Positions 31,867 to 33,649 of a DNA stretch of 33,649 nt are shown piece by piece. The notes below the pieces were generated by a model that searched no databases, had not been told where the DNA came from, and saw only the letters and a list, made by a program, of their open reading frames with translations. A program made the position numbers and the translations under genes. Numbering within the stretch: the stretch's first letter is position 1; each line of letters begins with the position of its first letter. The stretch covers positions 1 through 33,649 of the forward strand of contig DATESD010000128.1 of assembly GCA_035270985.1 (NCBI GenBank), in the 5' to 3' direction. This DNA comes from Bacilli bacterium. GTDB lineage: Bacteria; Bacillota_I; Bacilli_A; ML615J-28; CAG-698.

Positions 31867-33240
31867 ATGGCAGATATTAGTATGGAAAAATTCGTCGCTT
31901 TTTTGAAAAACCAGGGATTTGTTTATCAAGGAAGTGAAATATATGGCGGCTTAGCCAATACTTGGGATTATGGTCCGTTAGGTGTTGAATTAAAAAACAA
32001 TATAAAAAAGGCCTGGTGGCAGAAATTTATCCATGAATCACCTTATAATGTAGGAATGGATAGTGCTATTTTAATGAATCCGCGGGTATGGATTGCTAGT
32101 GGCCATGTTGGCGGATTTAGTGATCCTCTAATTGACTGTAAAAAATGTGGTACTCGCTATCGCGCTGATAAATTAATAGAAGAACACACTAAGGGCGAAA
32201 TCACTGGTGATGGAATGAGTGATGAGGCTTTAATTAACTTTATTAGAGAAAAAGAGATAAAATGCCCTTCTTGTGGAGCAAATAACTTTACTGATATTCG
32301 TAAGTTCAATTTGATGTTTAAAACTAACCAAGGCGTTATCGAAGATGAAAAAAATGCTGTTTATCTTCGCCCTGAAACTGCTCAAGGAATTTTTGTTAAT
32401 TTTAAAAACATCCAAAGAACAACAAGAAAAAAATTGCCTTTTGGGATTGGCCAAATAGGTAAAAGTTTTCGTAATGAAATAACCCCAGGGAATTTCATTT
32501 TTAGGACTCGTGAATTCGAACAAATGGAACTTGAGTTTTTCTGTAAACCAGGAACTGATTTGGAATGGTTTGTTTATTGGAAACAGTATTGTCTTGATTT
32601 TTTAGATTACGTAGGATTAGATAAAAATAGAGTCCGTTCTCGGGATCATACCGCTGAAGAATTAAGTTTTTATTCGAAGGCGACAACAGACATAGAGTTC
32701 TTATTCTATTTTGGCTGGGGTGAACTGTGGGGAATAGCAGACCGAACTGATTATGATTTAGGTGTTCACCAAAAGACTTCCCAAGAAAATTTAGAATATT
32801 TTGATCCGGAAACCAACACAAAATATTTGCCTTATGTTGTTGAGCCATCATTAGGAGTTGAAAGATTATTGCTTTCGGTACTAACTAGCGCCTATGAAGA
32901 AGAAGTTCTTGAAAATGGTGAAACCCGAGAAGTGTTGCGGCTTAAACCTTTTTTAGCTCCGAAAAAAGTAGCGGTCTTACCATTAGTAAACAAATTAAGC
33001 GAGGAGGCTTTGCAAGTTTATAATCTTTTAATCAAAGAATTTGTTTGTGACTATGATACTAGTGGTCAAATAGGGAAAAGGTATCGTCGCCAGGATGCTA
33101 ATGGAACTCCATTTTGTGTTACTGTGGATTTTGATACTTTAGAAGATAAGATGGTTACAGTTCGTGAACGCGATACAATGAAACAAACACGAGTAAAAAT
33201 TGATGAACTAATTAGTTATTTAACAAAATTATTAAAATAG
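31867..33240 (+). CDS. glyQS: Glycine--tRNA ligase (alpha2 homodimeric class II type).
   Basis: [37 protein letters not shown] and [12 protein letters not shown], the [25 protein letters not shown] motifs, and a C-terminal anticodon-binding domain. Confidence 0.96.
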   Translation: MADISMEKFVAFLKNQGFVYQGSEIYGGLANTWDYGPLGVELKNNIKKAWWQKFIHESPYNVGMDSAILMNPRVWIASGHVGGFSDPLIDCKKCGTRYRADKLIEEHTKGEITGDGMSDEALINFIREKEIKCPSCGANNFTDIRKFNLMFKTNQGVIEDEKNAVYLRPETAQGIFVNFKNIQRTTRKKLPFGIGQIGKSFRNEITPGNFIFRTREFEQMELEFFCKPGTDLEWFVYWKQYCLDFLDYVGLDKNRVRSRDHTAEELSFYSKATTDIEFLFYFGWGELWGIADRTDYDLGVHQKTSQENLEYFDPETNTKYLPYVVEPSLGVERLLLSVLTSAYEEEVLENGETREVLRLKPFLAPKKVAVLPLVNKLSEEALQVYNLLIKEFVCDYDTSGQIGKRYRRQDANGTPFCVTVDFDTLEDKMVTVRERDTMKQTRVKIDELISYLTKLLK

Positions 33241-33251
33241 AGGTGAAAGGT

Positions 33252-33649
33252 ATGCGCATATCCGAGGCAACGATTAGAAAAATAAGTGAAAATGCTGATA
33301 TTGTTGCGATTATCGGCGAGCATATTAAACTAGAAAAAAAGGGAAGCGATTATAAGGGACTTTGTCCTTTTCACAATGACTCTAACCCTTCATTATCAGT
33401 TTCACCAAGCAAAAAGGTTTTTAAGTGTTTTAGCTGTGGCGCCTCAGGCAATGCCGTAGGATTTGTTCAAAGATATAAAAATTTAAGTTTCCCTCAAGCT
33501 GTTAAGTTTGTTGGTGAAAAAATGGGAATTATGATTGATATTGATGATAATATTGATCAAAATCTCCAAAAATATTTTCAAATAATGCAAAATGCCGCGA
33601 GTTACTATGAATTTTATCTAAAAAATTCACTAGAAGGTAAAGAGGCTTT
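33252..33649 (+). CDS. dnaG: DNA primase DnaG, N-terminal part. The gene runs off the right edge of the window.
   Basis: Hand translation from the ATG at 33252: MRISEATIRKISENADIVAIIGEHIKLEKKGSDYKGLCPFHNDSNPSLSVSPSKKVFKCFSCGASGNAVGFV... This is the CHC2 zinc finger typical of DnaG. It is open to the end of the window. Confidence 0.93.
   Translation, partial: MRISEATIRKISENADIVAIIGEHIKLEKKGSDYKGLCPFHNDSNPSLSVSPSKKVFKCFSCGASGNAVGFVQRYKNLSFPQAVKFVGEKMGIMIDIDDNIDQNLQKYFQIMQNAASYYEFYLKNSLEGKEA

Noticed and set aside
1-33649. A search for mobile elements, prophage, integrases or transposases, terminal inverted repeats, toxin-antitoxin pairs or known defence genes.
   Set aside because: None was recognised. 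Every ORF over 60 aa that I consider real has a housekeeping, metabolic or structural assignment. Gene order matches conserved Bacillota synteny, and base composition looks uniform by eye.

Overview
This is a low-GC (about 30-35% by eye) chromosomal core region from a Bacillota/Mollicutes-like bacterium. It uses the standard genetic code: TGG encodes Trp, and TGA acts as a stop in the ATGA overlaps at mutL/miaA, phoH/ybeY, ybeY/cdd, rnfD/rnfG and rnfE/rnfA. That rules out a code-4 mycoplasma; an Acholeplasma-like or Erysipelotrichia-like origin is only a guess.

From about 4.7 kb to the end, every gene is on the + strand, in tightly packed housekeeping operons:
- rplU-prp-rpmA, then obg
- an ECF S-component
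- mutS-mutL-miaA
- rluB
- a cmk::rpsA fusion, then der
- an HU-like gene plus an ankyrin-repeat gene
- rdgB
- rpsU
- phoH-ybeY-cdd-era-recO
- a GH9-like glycoside hydrolase
- rnfCDGEAB
- glyQS-dnaG

The left end holds a minus-strand operon (a VTT/DedA-PlsC fusion followed by a YfcC-type transporter), transcribed divergently from a 372-aa GNAT-like gene. Most operons have near-consensus sigma-70 promoters, often with an extended -10, and clear rho-independent terminators.

I found no mobile element, CRISPR array, tRNA/rRNA gene or recognisable defence island. The unusual content is in protein architecture rather than a new gene cluster:
1. The Rnf complex is atypical. RnfD carries a C-terminal transmembrane helix plus an RnfG-like FMN_bind-like domain, and RnfB is cut down to 104 aa with no ferredoxin-type domains.
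2. The HU-like protein sits where HU sits in Bacillus, but its beta-arm has lost the DNA-binding arginines. It is translationally coupled to a protein with about 12-13 ankyrin repeats.
3. One 707-aa protein combines a VTT/DedA domain, a PlsC acyltransferase and a zinc ribbon.
4. cmk and rpsA are fused in frame, an internal SD+ATG remains at the junction, and the linker holds an 18-bp tandem repeat (APEVEV x9).

All functional calls come from motif and family recognition by eye. No database search was run.
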